The position numbers and the translations under genes were made by a program. DNA of 64,000 nt from Tortispora ganteri (Eukaryota): the NCBI GenBank assembly GCA_003707115.1, contig PPNB01000009.1, positions 1-64,000 on the forward strand. The letters run 5' to 3'. Under the pieces are notes generated by a model. That model was not told the DNA's origin and did not search any database. It saw only the letters and a list, made by a program, of their open reading frames with translations. Positions 1-11,437 of this stretch are shown piece after piece. Each line of letters starts with the position of its first letter. Position 1 is the first letter of the stretch.

Positions 1-29
1 TTTTATTTGCCTACATAATAACTACTGAA

Positions 30-1445
30 ATGAGCAGTCCTGTCCCTGTTTTCGGCGCTGTCGCTGAGCCTTCCTCCAACGCAGTAACACTATCGACTAG
101 TCCTACAATTTCTGCACACTCGCCGGGAAGCTATTTTGGATCTATGAGCAGGCGTCTGACATCTTCGTTTACTGCTCCGCCTAAGACTTTGAAGCCTTTT
201 AATACCGAAGACATGAAAGTGCTTTTGTTGGAAAATATCAACAAGACCGCTATAGACATTTTGAACGAACAAGGTTACCAGGTTGAGGTCTACAAGTCTT
301 CCTTGGACGGGGAAGAATTAATTGAAAAGATTCGAGATGTTCATGCCATCGGAATCCGTTCGAAGACAAAGCTGACTGCCAAGGTCTTACGCGAAGCAAA
401 GAACTTGGTGGCTATCGGCTGCTTTTGCATTGGAACTAATCAAGTTGATCTCGAGTACGCTGCCCGTCATGGCATTGCAGTATTCAACTCCCCGTTTAGC
501 AATTCTCGTTCCGTTGCCGAATTGGTTATTGGCGAGATAATAACCCTTGCGCGTCAACTTGGAGATAGAAGCATGGAAATGCACCAGAACATTTGGAACA
601 AGGTAAGCGCAAAATGTTGGGAAATCCGAGGAAAGACTCTGGGAATCGTCGGATATGGTCACATTGGATCTCAGTTGTCAGTATTAGCTGAAAGTATGGG
701 AATGAATGTTGTTTATTACGATGTTGTTCCCCTCATGGCGCTCGGCACTGCTCGACAAATTCCTACACTGAATGAATTATTGTCTGTATCTGATTTTGTC
801 ACTCTACATGTTCCACAATTACCTGAAACGCATAATCTCATTTCGGGACCACAAATTGCTGCTATGAAAGAAGGAGCTTACCTGATTAACGCATCACGTG
901 GTAATGTGGTTGACATCCGTGCCCTTGTAAATGCTCTATCTTCGGGCAAACTCGGTGGTGCCGCATTAGATGTTTATCCGAATGAGCCGCCCCGAAATGG
1001 TCCTCATTTTGTTGAGACTCTTAACTCTTGGATCCCTGAATTAGTTAAGCAGAAGAATGTAATTCTTACCCCACACATTGGTGGATCTACTGAAGAAGCG
1101 CAGTCTGCCATTGGCGTTGAAGTTGGTACGGCACTCACCAAGTACATCAACGAAGGTTCTACGATTGGTGCTGTTAACTTTCCCGAGTTAAGCTTACGAC
1201 CTCTCTCTGCCGATGAAGAGGGCCATGTACGTGTTCTGTACATTCACAGTAACGTTCCTGGTGTTTTGCGAACTGTCAATGAGATTTTTGCTGACCACAA
1301 CATTGAAAAGCAGTACTCTGAATCTCGCGGTGAAGTTGCTTATATGATGGCTGATATTGCTGATGTCACAACATCCGATATCAAGACTCTATATGAGCAG
1401 CTATACAATACTCCATTCAGAATCGCTATTCGCTTGCTGTACTAA
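30..1445 (+). CDS. SER3: D-3-phosphoglycerate dehydrogenase
   Basis: GIRSKT, GCFCIGTNQVD, Rossmann GIVGYGHIG, TPHIGGSTEEAQ, C-terminal ACT domain. Confidence 0.97.
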   Translation: MSSPVPVFGAVAEPSSNAVTLSTSPTISAHSPGSYFGSMSRRLTSSFTAPPKTLKPFNTEDMKVLLLENINKTAIDILNEQGYQVEVYKSSLDGEELIEKIRDVHAIGIRSKTKLTAKVLREAKNLVAIGCFCIGTNQVDLEYAARHGIAVFNSPFSNSRSVAELVIGEIITLARQLGDRSMEMHQNIWNKVSAKCWEIRGKTLGIVGYGHIGSQLSVLAESMGMNVVYYDVVPLMALGTARQIPTLNELLSVSDFVTLHVPQLPETHNLISGPQIAAMKEGAYLINASRGNVVDIRALVNALSSGKLGGAALDVYPNEPPRNGPHFVETLNSWIPELVKQKNVILTPHIGGSTEEAQSAIGVEVGTALTKYINEGSTIGAVNFPELSLRPLSADEEGHVRVLYIHSNVPGVLRTVNEIFADHNIEKQYSESRGEVAYMMADIADVTTSDIKTLYEQLYNTPFRIAIRLLY

Positions 1446-1666
1446 AATTTTTTAACGAGTCTAGTACGCATGCCGATACATTTCAACCTCATAATTTTTG
1501 GAGATTGACCCCTGTTTCAACACATAATGTTCCCTAATATAAAAAAATGTTTTAATGATGAATATGGATATATATATTCTATAAAGTGTGTATACATATA
1601 CAGCGTGTTACGCGATATATCACGTGACATACTCCACCCATCTCGTCCCGCACGTTGGTCGACTGT

Positions 1667-1675
1667 GTAAACAAA
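1667..1675 (+). promoter_or_regulatory. Forkhead-type site GTAAACAAA upstream of haspin; E-box TCACGTGA at about 1620-1627
   Basis: Exact forkhead consensus about 40 bp before the ATG. Budding-yeast haspin ALK1 is a G2/M (CLB2-cluster) gene. Confidence 0.4.
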
Positions 1676-1711
1676 CCTACTTTATCCTTTTGCTGCTAAC
1701 CGCAAACAAGC

Positions 1712-4033
1712 ATGCTAGTACAAGACAAACAAGAAAAAGCATATGGACGCATAAACTATAATTATATCCGAAATGATTATTTGCAAGATGCGTTTTCAGA
1801 ACTCAAAAGTCAAGACATTCAACAAGAAGATACACGACCATCGGAGCACGATGTCTCTCTTGAGGATAGCTCTTCCGTGCACACAGCGCGCGCTGTTCCT
1901 TTGCACCAGTATCGCGTAGATTCACGAATATCAGAGAATACTAGCGTGCCCTCTTACAATTCGCGACTTTCGATAATTTCGCTGTCAGGTTGCGCTAAGG
2001 TACATACGCACAATACGTCAGCCAATACCTCCGCGCAAGCATCACCACGAAATTCTGCTAGCACGAAATCCTCCATTCCTCGATCTACTGCAGTTTCTAT
2101 GAATCTTACAGATTTGTTATCTAGTGACAGTGAAACCTCCAGCATTCGTTCCTCAAAATCGAGCAATAGCAACAGACACTCGATCGTATCACCAGGTCGC
2201 GTGGGCTCCACATCCGCACGAGTATCTACCGCTTCCAGAAATTCAAAACCACCACTCTCGCCGGATGTGAGCAAACCGCTTCTTAGTCGACCGCAGGACA
2301 GTTTGCCTAAGCATGTTGCTTCCCTTCGCAGACCTCCCCTCTCTCAGATTCCTCAAAATCGGCAAGTTTCTAACTTGCGCAACCAATCTTCGATCTATTC
2401 TTTGAAGGATCATTTGAATAACTCTGGAAATACAGCTCATGTTTTGCCAAAGTCGTCAACTAGGTCAAGTATTGCCCAACCTCTCCATCAATACCATCAT
2501 CCAATCGACCTGAAATCCCCTCCATCACACTCTGACATCAGATCATTGACATCTTCCTCATCAAGGTCTTCTATTTCCTCAGTTCTCAGACCTATAATGT
2601 CAAGGATGCCGTCTAAATCTAATTTGTCTAAGATTGCTGGTCATTTTTCAAGGAAATCAAAGAACGCTCATTCAATTGACAAGAGTTTGATTTCGGAACC
2701 TCAATCGGTTGTAACTAGCGCTAGCATGGCTGGGTTACATAACTTGATAAATCAACCCAGTCATGATACACTACGCAGGTACGCCGCAGTAACTTCTATT
2801 ACCGAAGATAATACTTTCAATCACTCTGCAGCACCTTCCCCACAATCTTACACTAAAACACGAAGACGACTTTCAGCTTTAACATCCTCTACTATATCTC
2901 AGCCTACTTACAGTCGTGGGATGCAAACGCTTTTGTCCCTTTGTGAGCAACAGGATGTGATCAAATTTACGAAATTTATCACTGACTTGAGGTCAAATGG
3001 TACGTTAGTTAAATATGCCGAAGCCTCCTACTCCGAGATCTTTCTATATGAGAAACAGGATATGTCCAAATCTATTTTGAAAGTTATTCCTTTCGGAGCT
3101 TTGGATACACAACCCAGCTTAAGCGGAATTGTACACGAAGTGCGCATTGCTCAGACGCTATCGTCGCTGAAAGGGTTTACAGGTTTAAAAAGCACTCATA
3201 TAGTAACAGGACGTTTTCCATCTCACCTGCTATATTTATGGGATTGCTATGACCGTGATAGCAACTCTGAGAATGACCGGCCAGATGCTTATGAATCTGA
3301 ACAGTTGTACTGCATCATAGAAATGGAATTTGGAGGTGTGGATTTAGAGCACTACGTTCTTAAAAGTTGGAAAGATGCGTCTATTATCTTCTGGACCTTA
3401 GTAAAGCACTTAGCTACTGCTGAAAATGTGAGTGAGTTTGAACACCGGGATTTACATTGGGGAAATGTTTTGATCGAAGACGAAGAATCACTAGATCTAA
3501 TGGAAGAGTTCGACAAACTGATTTTGGAAGACGGTACACTGAAAAAACCCAACGAAGTTCGCAGAATTGGGGTACATATTGTGGACTATACTCTCTCTCG
3601 AGCACAATGTAAGCCAGTGAGCAGTGGGGGAAGGGCGATTATTGAATACGAAGTCCTTGACGACTCTAGTTTGTTCAATGGTCACGGAGATCCTCAATTC
3701 GAGGTTTATAGGCAAATGAGAAGATATATAAGGAAACAGCAGGGTGATGCAACGGACTATGACATAGACTGGTCCATGTATTGCCCAGTGACTAATGTTC
3801 TGTGGTTGCACTATCTACTAGGCAAGCTTATCAATGATAAGGGTTTAGGAAAACCTCGTGGATACAGGAGAGATGCCAAAGTTTCTATCAATTCTGAACG
3901 TGGGGCGTATATTTCGCTGAGTTTGGCATATGAAAGTACCATATACAAGAAAGTTATGAACGGAACGAGTCCACAGAGCAGTGAGCAGTTGCTCAAATGG
4001 GCCAAAGATGAAGGTATAATGCCTGATATTTAG
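1712..4033 (+). CDS. Haspin-family Ser/Thr kinase (Alk1/Alk2/Hrk1-like)
   Basis: Ser-rich disordered N-terminal half; kinase motifs AEASYSEIF, SENDRPD, FEHRDLHWGNVL, DYTLSR, TNVLWLHYL. Confidence 0.93.
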   Translation: MLVQDKQEKAYGRINYNYIRNDYLQDAFSELKSQDIQQEDTRPSEHDVSLEDSSSVHTARAVPLHQYRVDSRISENTSVPSYNSRLSIISLSGCAKVHTHNTSANTSAQASPRNSASTKSSIPRSTAVSMNLTDLLSSDSETSSIRSSKSSNSNRHSIVSPGRVGSTSARVSTASRNSKPPLSPDVSKPLLSRPQDSLPKHVASLRRPPLSQIPQNRQVSNLRNQSSIYSLKDHLNNSGNTAHVLPKSSTRSSIAQPLHQYHHPIDLKSPPSHSDIRSLTSSSSRSSISSVLRPIMSRMPSKSNLSKIAGHFSRKSKNAHSIDKSLISEPQSVVTSASMAGLHNLINQPSHDTLRRYAAVTSITEDNTFNHSAAPSPQSYTKTRRRLSALTSSTISQPTYSRGMQTLLSLCEQQDVIKFTKFITDLRSNGTLVKYAEASYSEIFLYEKQDMSKSILKVIPFGALDTQPSLSGIVHEVRIAQTLSSLKGFTGLKSTHIVTGRFPSHLLYLWDCYDRDSNSENDRPDAYESEQLYCIIEMEFGGVDLEHYVLKSWKDASIIFWTLVKHLATAENVSEFEHRDLHWGNVLIEDEESLDLMEEFDKLILEDGTLKKPNEVRRIGVHIVDYTLSRAQCKPVSSGGRAIIEYEVLDDSSLFNGHGDPQFEVYRQMRRYIRKQQGDATDYDIDWSMYCPVTNVLWLHYLLGKLINDKGLGKPRGYRRDAKVSINSERGAYISLSLAYESTIYKKVMNGTSPQSSEQLLKWAKDEGIMPDI

Positions 4034-5400
4034 AGGCGGCCTCTGGGATATATACATGTATTTAATTGCAATATAACTAAACCTCATGCTGTATCCTCAT
4101 TTTGCAATACTGAAACTCATTGTCCTGCTACGATAAGAGAATTTTGGAGCACTAAACTTAATACACGATCAATTAAGAACATATATATATTTATTACTAA
4201 TCAAATGAATCAATACAGTAGCTACTTTCCATGTTTTATATCCCATCTACGGCACAATTGATGGCAATTCCGTGGTCAAGAAAGCTGCCCATAGAACCTT
4301 AATCCCAATATGCACCACTTTTTTCAACCTTCCGATAAATACAAGCCTACGGGACACCGCGCGATACAAAGACTATTAACGGATAAATAAATGCTGAATT
4401 GTACACGCTTAAAATTAGCGATTTCCCGGAGTGCATTTGCGTACCGGAAAACTGGCTCATGCAGAAAGTTGAATACCTCAACGTACAATATTTTCCGAGG
4501 CCTCATTAATGAGCCGCACATACGTCAAAAGGCTGTATTCACCACTCTATACTATTCTCCCACGAAAAGAACTCATTTCACACATAGTAATATCTGTCAA
4601 ATTCCTGCCTCTGTTAAAAAGTAAGTAATTTTTTATTTGTTGATTCGCTTGACTGAAAGGATAACATTGAACCCTTTACTTTCGCTATCACATCTGAGCA
4701 AGGTAATCGTCTATGCTCGTTCACTGGATGGATTGCCTTATGTGTGCCAACAGGTGCATCACACTACGCCACCGCGCACTTCCATCAGCGAGTTCAAATA
4801 TCACGCATGCTGTCCTCAGTTGCTCTGCATTATCTAAATATTAAACTATATGCAGGTGAATGTACTCTTACCGGAAACGCTGCCTCTCGCCAATATGGTA
4901 ATCAGTTTCTTTTGTTCATTGCGAATTTATGGCAAACCTCGCATCTGCAAGGTCCTATGTACTGTATTTCGGGCTTGAATTGCCGGAACTGCTAGGAGTA
5001 ATTGAGCCCTCTATTTCGCATTAATATGTATATTTCGCCATGAGTCATGCACTTTGCTGCTTTTCTGGTCTTCGATTGGTTTCAGTGGTTTAGGTTTATC
5101 CCCCTAGCACCCCCTATCTTTTCCATAATCAACAAGCCGTTTGGACCTTGTATTACTAATAGCAGCACTTTATCCCGGCTTTCTTCCTTTTTATTTTTTA
5201 TCTGGGCCAATTGCGTTCCGGTTTGGGGATTATTTGTACGATAAAGCCATTCTTTCTCCAAAAATTACCGCCTGCTCTTACAATCTCTAGTGTATCCCGC
5301 GATACATTCTCAACATATACAACCTGCGCAAAACCCGTTTCCTCTCTTTCATTCAAGAAGAAAGCTATACGATAACTACTTTCTGCTTTATTTCTTTGTT

Positions 5401-8097
5401 ATGGTTAATTACGGATCCGTACTAGTTCAAGCTCTATCGTTAAGTGGTGCAATTACTAACGTGTGGAATGGCCTTCGTGGCTATTCCTCTAGTATGTCTA
5501 AAAACGACCGTGAAATCTTACCACAGGATGTTTTGCCCCTCCATTACGATCTCTCTCTGGAACCTGACTTTGAAACTTTCAAATTCAGCGGTCATCTAGA
5601 TCTCTCCCTCGACGTGGTGCGTGATACTAATACTGTCGTTCTTAATGCGCTGGATATGGAGTTCGGCTCTGTATCGGTCATCATCGATGGTAAAGAAACC
5701 CCTGCTAACAGCTCCAATTTTGACGAGGAAGCTCAAACTGTTACAATTGAGTTCCCAATCACTCTTAGCAAATCTGCTGATCCTGTTCTTTCCATTGACT
5801 TCGTAGGTATTCTGAATGACAAGATGGCTGGTTTCTACAGATCTAGCTACAAAGCACCCGATGGTTCCAAGAAGTGGCTTGCAACTACTCAAATGGAGCC
5901 TACAGACGCTCGCCGTGCTTTTCCTTGCTTTGATGAGCCTGCACATAAGTGCACATTCTCTATCACCCTTGTCACAGACCCCAAACTCACCGCTCTTTCG
6001 AACATGGACACAGCTTCAGAAGTCATTAAGGATGGAAAGAAAATAACTACTTTTTCTAAAAGCCCCCTCATGTCAACATATCTAGTTGCTTTTGTAGTTG
6101 GCGATCTTAAATATGTCGAAAGTGACCTCTTCCGCATACCTGTTAGAGTATACACTCCCCCTGGAATGGAAGAGCGTGGTCATTTTTCTGCAGAACTTGC
6201 TGCAAAAACTTTAGCTTTTTTTGAGAAAACGTTCGACATGCCGTTCCCTCTTCCTAAGATGGATATGGTTGCTATTCCTGACTTTTCCGCTGGTGCTATG
6301 GAGAACTGGGGACTTATTACCTATCGCGTCGTCGATCTGCTCTTTGACGAAAAAACTGATGGTGCTGCAACTAAAGAACGTGTTGCAGAAGTTGTGCAAC
6401 ATGAACTTGCACATCAATGGTTTGGTAACTTGGTCACAATGGACTGGTGGGAAGGTCTTTGGTTAAATGAAGGTTTTGCTACTTGGATGTCTTGGTTCTC
6501 TTGCAACAACTTTTATCCTGATTGGAAAGTTTGGCAGAATTATGTGGTTGATAACTTGCAGTCTGCTTTGAGCCTTGACGGTTTGCGTTCCAGCCACCCT
6601 ATCGAAGTTCCCGTCAAGAAAGCTGATGAAATCAATCAGATTTTTGATGCTATTTCGTACTCTAAAGGTTCGTGCGTACTCAGAATGATTTCTAAATTCC
6701 TCGGTGAAGACACTTTTATTAAAGGGATTCAAATTTATTTGAAGCGCCATAAATATGGTAACACTGAAACTGCTGATTTATGGAATGCACTCTCTGAAGC
6801 ATCTGGAAAGGATGTGAGCCATATTATGGACATTTGGACTAAGCAAGTTGGCTTTCCAGTCATTACAGTCGAAGAGGATGGTACTAAGGTTACATTCCGT
6901 CAAAATCGTTTCCTTAACTCTGGCGATGTTAAGCCCGAAGAGGACCGTACGCTCTATCCCGTGTTTTTAGGTATTCGTACCAAGTCTTCAGTTATGGAAG
7001 ATTTAACGCTTGACTCTCGCGAGATTACATTGGACCTTGGTAGTGATATTGATTTTTACAAGGTCAATGCGGATCAATCTGGCATTTTCAGAACTTCCTA
7101 CCCTCCCTCTAGATTAGCCAAGCTTGGAGCCAACCCTCAACTCCTATCTGTTGAAGATCGTGCCGGACTTGTTGCAGATGCCGGCGCTCTGGCTTCCAGT
7201 GGTTATCAGAAGACCTCTGGTCTTCTCAGCCTTGTATCTCAATGGCAAAATGAGACCGAATTTGTAGTTTGGCAGGAGATGCTCAGTCGAATTGCTCTTA
7301 TCCGTAACGCTTGGATATTTGAATCGCCTGACATTACCGATTCTATGAAATTGCTACAGCGCGAGCTGACTGCCCCTATGGCTCACAAAATGGGTTGGTC
7401 ATTCTCAGAAACCGATGGACATGTCGAATCTCAGCTTAAAGCTTTGCTTTTTTCAGTTGCTGGTCATGCTGGTGATGAAACTATCATTGCCTCTGCTTTG
7501 GATATGTTTGATCGTTACTCTAAGGGTGACAAATCAGCTATTCATCCTAACATCAAGGGAGCCGTGTTTGGAATCGCTGTGAAGGAGCTTGGTGCACCTG
7601 CTTGGGATGTTCTTCTAGAAACGATCATGAATCCTATTAGCACGGATGAGAAGAATACTGCTTATCGCAATCTAGGACGCTCCAATGATCCAGAATTGAT
7701 CCAGAAGACAATTGACTTGCTTTTCAATGATACCGTTGTCAAGCCGCAGGATATTTATTTGCCTATGGCTGGATTGCGCACGCACAAAGAAGGTATTGTA
7801 GCTCTTTGGAAGTGGACTAAGACTAATTGGGATGAGATTGTTCATTTGCTGCCTCCTGGTCTTTCAATGCTGTCCAGCGTTGTGTCTATTACCACATCTG
7901 GGTATGCTACGCCTGCTGGTTTGGCTGAAATTGAAAAGTTTTTCAAGAACAAGCCTACCAAGGGATTTGATCAAGGACTCGCGCAGTCTCTTGAGAGTGT
8001 ACGCTCTAAACTGAGCTGGGTAAAACGTGACACGTCCGATGTGAAAAAATGGCTGAAGGAGAGTGGATTTTACAGCAAAGACTCTACGCGTCTCTAA
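5401..8097 (+). CDS. APE2: M1-family aminopeptidase; first ATG 5401, second in-frame ATG 5494
   Basis: GAMENWG, HELAHQWFGN...WLNEGFA zinc motif, FDAISYSKG. The ORF-track start at 5290 is GTG. Confidence 0.95.
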   Translation: MVNYGSVLVQALSLSGAITNVWNGLRGYSSSMSKNDREILPQDVLPLHYDLSLEPDFETFKFSGHLDLSLDVVRDTNTVVLNALDMEFGSVSVIIDGKETPANSSNFDEEAQTVTIEFPITLSKSADPVLSIDFVGILNDKMAGFYRSSYKAPDGSKKWLATTQMEPTDARRAFPCFDEPAHKCTFSITLVTDPKLTALSNMDTASEVIKDGKKITTFSKSPLMSTYLVAFVVGDLKYVESDLFRIPVRVYTPPGMEERGHFSAELAAKTLAFFEKTFDMPFPLPKMDMVAIPDFSAGAMENWGLITYRVVDLLFDEKTDGAATKERVAEVVQHELAHQWFGNLVTMDWWEGLWLNEGFATWMSWFSCNNFYPDWKVWQNYVVDNLQSALSLDGLRSSHPIEVPVKKADEINQIFDAISYSKGSCVLRMISKFLGEDTFIKGIQIYLKRHKYGNTETADLWNALSEASGKDVSHIMDIWTKQVGFPVITVEEDGTKVTFRQNRFLNSGDVKPEEDRTLYPVFLGIRTKSSVMEDLTLDSREITLDLGSDIDFYKVNADQSGIFRTSYPPSRLAKLGANPQLLSVEDRAGLVADAGALASSGYQKTSGLLSLVSQWQNETEFVVWQEMLSRIALIRNAWIFESPDITDSMKLLQRELTAPMAHKMGWSFSETDGHVESQLKALLFSVAGHAGDETIIASALDMFDRYSKGDKSAIHPNIKGAVFGIAVKELGAPAWDVLLETIMNPISTDEKNTAYRNLGRSNDPELIQKTIDLLFNDTVVKPQDIYLPMAGLRTHKEGIVALWKWTKTNWDEIVHLLPPGLSMLSSVVSITTSGYATPAGLAEIEKFFKNKPTKGFDQGLAQSLESVRSKLSWVKRDTSDVKKWLKESGFYSKDSTRL

Positions 8098-8209
8098 ACT
8101 GCATATACGAAGATGCGGGTTTTTGTTTTTTCCTTGATATCACTAAAAATTAAATTGTTACATATGCGAATATATTCTGAACAATACATTGCTCATTTCC
8201 CCGTAAATA

Positions 8210-9403
8210 TTAGATTTTTGCAGCGCCAGCGCTGAAATAGTACAATGCAGAAGCTGCTATTGTAGATATGGCAAGACCTCTAGCACTTGTAGAGAAATAT
8301 AATCCCCAGGAAAGCGCTCTATTTGAATAACTTGAAGCAATTCTCCAGGGCAGCTGTTCATTTGATGTGAGTGGACGAGGAAGAGCCACAGAAGAATCGA
8401 TGATGGCGCCACTTAGCGGAATAGATATGCCTAGATACACTGGTACATGGTCTGATGTTTTTACAGAAGGCATACTTGTGTAGATAGTCACTTTCTCTGG
8501 CTCGATGTGAGGTAAGAATAAAATGCGATCTGTCCAGGAAGGAACCCTGCGGGGAGAGTATGTTCGAGTTCCGTCTTCCGCTGAGTGAATGAACTTGTAG
8601 GTTGGCGGAAACGTGATGGGAGCCTCACTGAGTGACTGAAGAGTTCTCCCTGCATCTTTGTGTAGTGAAAGTTCGTCCGTTTTGAGAAACAAGTTGATCA
8701 CTTCCTGGTTAGTAAAGTCACACTTGTAAGGATCAAGGCCTATAGGGCTAGTGAGAGCTGCAGATTCTGTTAAACTAGCACTAGGCATAGAACATCGATA
8801 ATTTAAATCACCAAATACAAATAAGTGTTGAGGTTTTTTCGTGTAGATTATGTCATCTTCAGGGTGAGCAGATGCGGGGGCAAATCTGAGGTACTTCACT
8901 ATGCATTCATAGTCATAATTTCGTGAATCCACTTCGTTTTCATTAGCTGCAAGATGCGCACATATGAAGGTAAAAAGCACTGGATCTAGTGAACTGTCAT
9001 CAAATATATATTGAAACCTGACCCCAATTGCGCCTTTCACTTTTATTTGCAGCGGTCCTGTGGTTCCACAATCGCCCGTCTGGATAGAGCTGATCGATCC
9101 AGGCACAGATCTAGTGAGCGATGCAAATATCAACAGCATTGTGGGACCCACATTAGATTTGAATACAAGTTCGTACTCCTTGTCGGTCTGCCTCGCAGCA
9201 TTATTTACCGCTGTCGTGTACGATTCGACGATGTACGTGAGATCGCCGATGAAGCTCCACCTAATTCCGGTGCACTCTTGCAATCCGACAGCAAGTATAT
9301 CCGGGGAGTTAATGTTAAACTGTTTTACTAGCTCACCGGTCAATTGATCGCTATTAGGCAGTTCTTTTCCTGCATTGAAAGTGAGGATTCCAATATCCAT
9401 CAT
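8210..9403 (-). CDS. INP54: Tail-anchored inositol polyphosphate 5-phosphatase
   Basis: TFN, GLQE, KGAI, CAHLAA, GDLNYR, PTYKF, PSWTDRI, SDHVPV motifs; hydrophobic C-terminal tail. Confidence 0.85.
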   Translation of the reverse strand: MMDIGILTFNAGKELPNSDQLTGELVKQFNINSPDILAVGLQECTGIRWSFIGDLTYIVESYTTAVNNAARQTDKEYELVFKSNVGPTMLLIFASLTRSVPGSISSIQTGDCGTTGPLQIKVKGAIGVRFQYIFDDSSLDPVLFTFICAHLAANENEVDSRNYDYECIVKYLRFAPASAHPEDDIIYTKKPQHLFVFGDLNYRCSMPSASLTESAALTSPIGLDPYKCDFTNQEVINLFLKTDELSLHKDAGRTLQSLSEAPITFPPTYKFIHSAEDGTRTYSPRRVPSWTDRILFLPHIEPEKVTIYTSMPSVKTSDHVPVYLGISIPLSGAIIDSSVALPRPLTSNEQLPWRIASSYSNRALSWGLYFSTSARGLAISTIAASALYYFSAGAAKI

Positions 9404-9943
9404 AGTGGTGAAGTATACGTTTCATAATCTGCAACGCAGGAAAGTAGAGCTCTAAGTCACGCGACCAGACTACGCTGCGTCACTATGCAGCAAGAAGCAT
9501 ATAATGCATATAGCTGTTCTACAACTACATGTGATACGGATGCTAGTAAATGCTGTCATCATTACGTATATTATTACATTCAATACCCAAAAAGACATCG
9601 AAAATGTATCTTGGATACCTGGTAGCTGCGAACAGTAGAAGTTCATCGCCCGAAAGCACCCAAGAATTTTGCTTATTCTAGAGAGACTAAGGACTGAAGT
9701 CACTGGCAACGTTGCATCGTCTTAAATCCTGACGCATCGTCGTGGCATGCTCTCAACTTCCTATGGAAAAAAAAGAAATCCATTCGCGTAGAATTTTCGA
9801 TATGAAAAGCTTCGCAAAGCACAGTTGCTACGGAAACTGGCGCTTTGGACTGTTGAAACGAAACCGTCTTGATTGCTTTCGAACATTATTGCATCAGTGT
9901 TTCAAATAGGCGTATCATGAGCTGATTTAAATTAGAAATAGCT

Positions 9944-11437
9944 TTAGATAGCGTACCGCCAAAGAATTATATCTCCAGATCGTCTGTGGTCATCGTGGAA
10001 GTATGTGTTGAAGAATCTTCTATGTTCTTCGTAATGCACCGTTGTGTTGCAGTATTGTTGCATGAGCGGTAACATTTGTTCAAAAAAGACTAGATATTCA
10101 GGCCAAACATGCGTGCCATTTGTGCCACTTTTAGTTATTTGTGTTTTGACAAACAGTTCGGTATTGTCGTAGAATCTATCAGCTTCGTCGCGATAGGTGC
10201 TGCGGCCCTCAAGGCTGTAGCCGATTGGAGGCTCGCATGTGAGAAACCATGCATCAGTATGTGGACTGTGAAAGTAGGATTGCCAGGGAGTAGAGTGACA
10301 AGGCATGAGAAACCCTACAGAGTCTGGCTTGACCTCCCTGATGAGATCTGACACGTCAATAACACCTCGCTGATGTACCATATTAAAGAAATAGGCGGTA
10401 GGTATGTTTACAGTGAGTGCTACAGCAATCAGCCAGAACCTTACTGATGAGTTATTTAGCTTCGCATATGCTGATCCGATCAGACAGTTTCCAATAGGAA
10501 GGAGCGAGAGGATAAATCGGTGTTCTTTGTGGGAGATCATGGAGTATGTCGCTATGACGAATACTAGCGTCCATACTAGCGCGCTTTTCCTGTGAATGTA
10601 TAAAGCGCCCAGGAATGAAGGCAAATATCCCATGAAAAGCAAAGGAATCCCCTGCGAGATGTAATAATGGATAGGTGAGGTACCGTAAAACTCAGAGAGA
10701 GAATCCGAGATGTTGAAGTTGTAGAACTGGTATATTGGGAGCATGAGCTGTTTTGTAATGTAGTAGTTCAACGCAACATCTGATGCGATCACTATAATTG
10801 CTATCAGTAGGCAAACAATAGCAACTTTTGTCATTTGTAGAACACCAAAAGTAGTCGTAGTTTGCACAATGTATAACAGGCCTGGTATTACCCACAGTAA
10901 AAGGGCAGTTGGCCGCATGCAAGTAGCTATAAAGATGAGAAACATGGTAAGGTATATTGAGTGATATGACCGATTATATTGCGAAGGCCACGGCCAGATG
11001 GCGCAGGTGTATGCCGCGAACGACGCTTCCATTGAGTTAGAGAAAGTGCGCGTCATTGTGTACCATGCAAACGGGTTTGTGAGTGATGCCAGAAGAGCAA
11101 ACTTCGCGGACCTGGCACCAAAGAGGCGTTTTGCAAAGACAAATGTAGCCCAGTCAGCAAGAGCAGCAAATATAGATTGCAGGAGTCGCGGAGCGAGAAT
11201 AATCCACCGAGTTTCAGATAGGTTGAGAGAATCGACGCATTTGTAGAGAAGTATGAAGACGGATGGATGGATCCAGCTGCGTATATGGTGCTGCCATTCC
11301 CAGGTAAGGTAGCCATAGCCGTAGTAATACCAATGGGCAGGTTCGAGGCTCTGCCAGTATTCATCAGGTTGGCTAAATGTTATAGTAGTCAATGCGTTAA
11401 TTACGCGTACTGCCACACATAAGAGCGGTATTAACAT
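9944..11437 (-). CDS. GPI10: GPI mannosyltransferase 3 (PIG-B family)
   Basis: PDEYWQSLEPAH, TWEW, RTFSNSME, HKEHRF, LMPCHSTPWQS, FLTCEPP. Confidence 0.95.
   Translation of the reverse strand: MLIPLLCVAVRVINALTTITFSQPDEYWQSLEPAHWYYYGYGYLTWEWQHHIRSWIHPSVFILLYKCVDSLNLSETRWIILAPRLLQSIFAALADWATFVFAKRLFGARSAKFALLASLTNPFAWYTMTRTFSNSMEASFAAYTCAIWPWPSQYNRSYHSIYLTMFLIFIATCMRPTALLLWVIPGLLYIVQTTTTFGVLQMTKVAIVCLLIAIIVIASDVALNYYITKQLMLPIYQFYNFNISDSLSEFYGTSPIHYYISQGIPLLFMGYLPSFLGALYIHRKSALVWTLVFVIATYSMISHKEHRFILSLLPIGNCLIGSAYAKLNNSSVRFWLIAVALTVNIPTAYFFNMVHQRGVIDVSDLIREVKPDSVGFLMPCHSTPWQSYFHSPHTDAWFLTCEPPIGYSLEGRSTYRDEADRFYDNTELFVKTQITKSGTNGTHVWPEYLVFFEQMLPLMQQYCNTTVHYEEHRRFFNTYFHDDHRRSGDIILWRYAI

Noticed and set aside
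8086..8221. PTS1-like ends of APE2 (TRL) and INP54 (AKI)
   Set aside because: Weak variants; the INP54 tail follows a membrane anchor; no TGA-CTA readthrough context seen at the stops I checked
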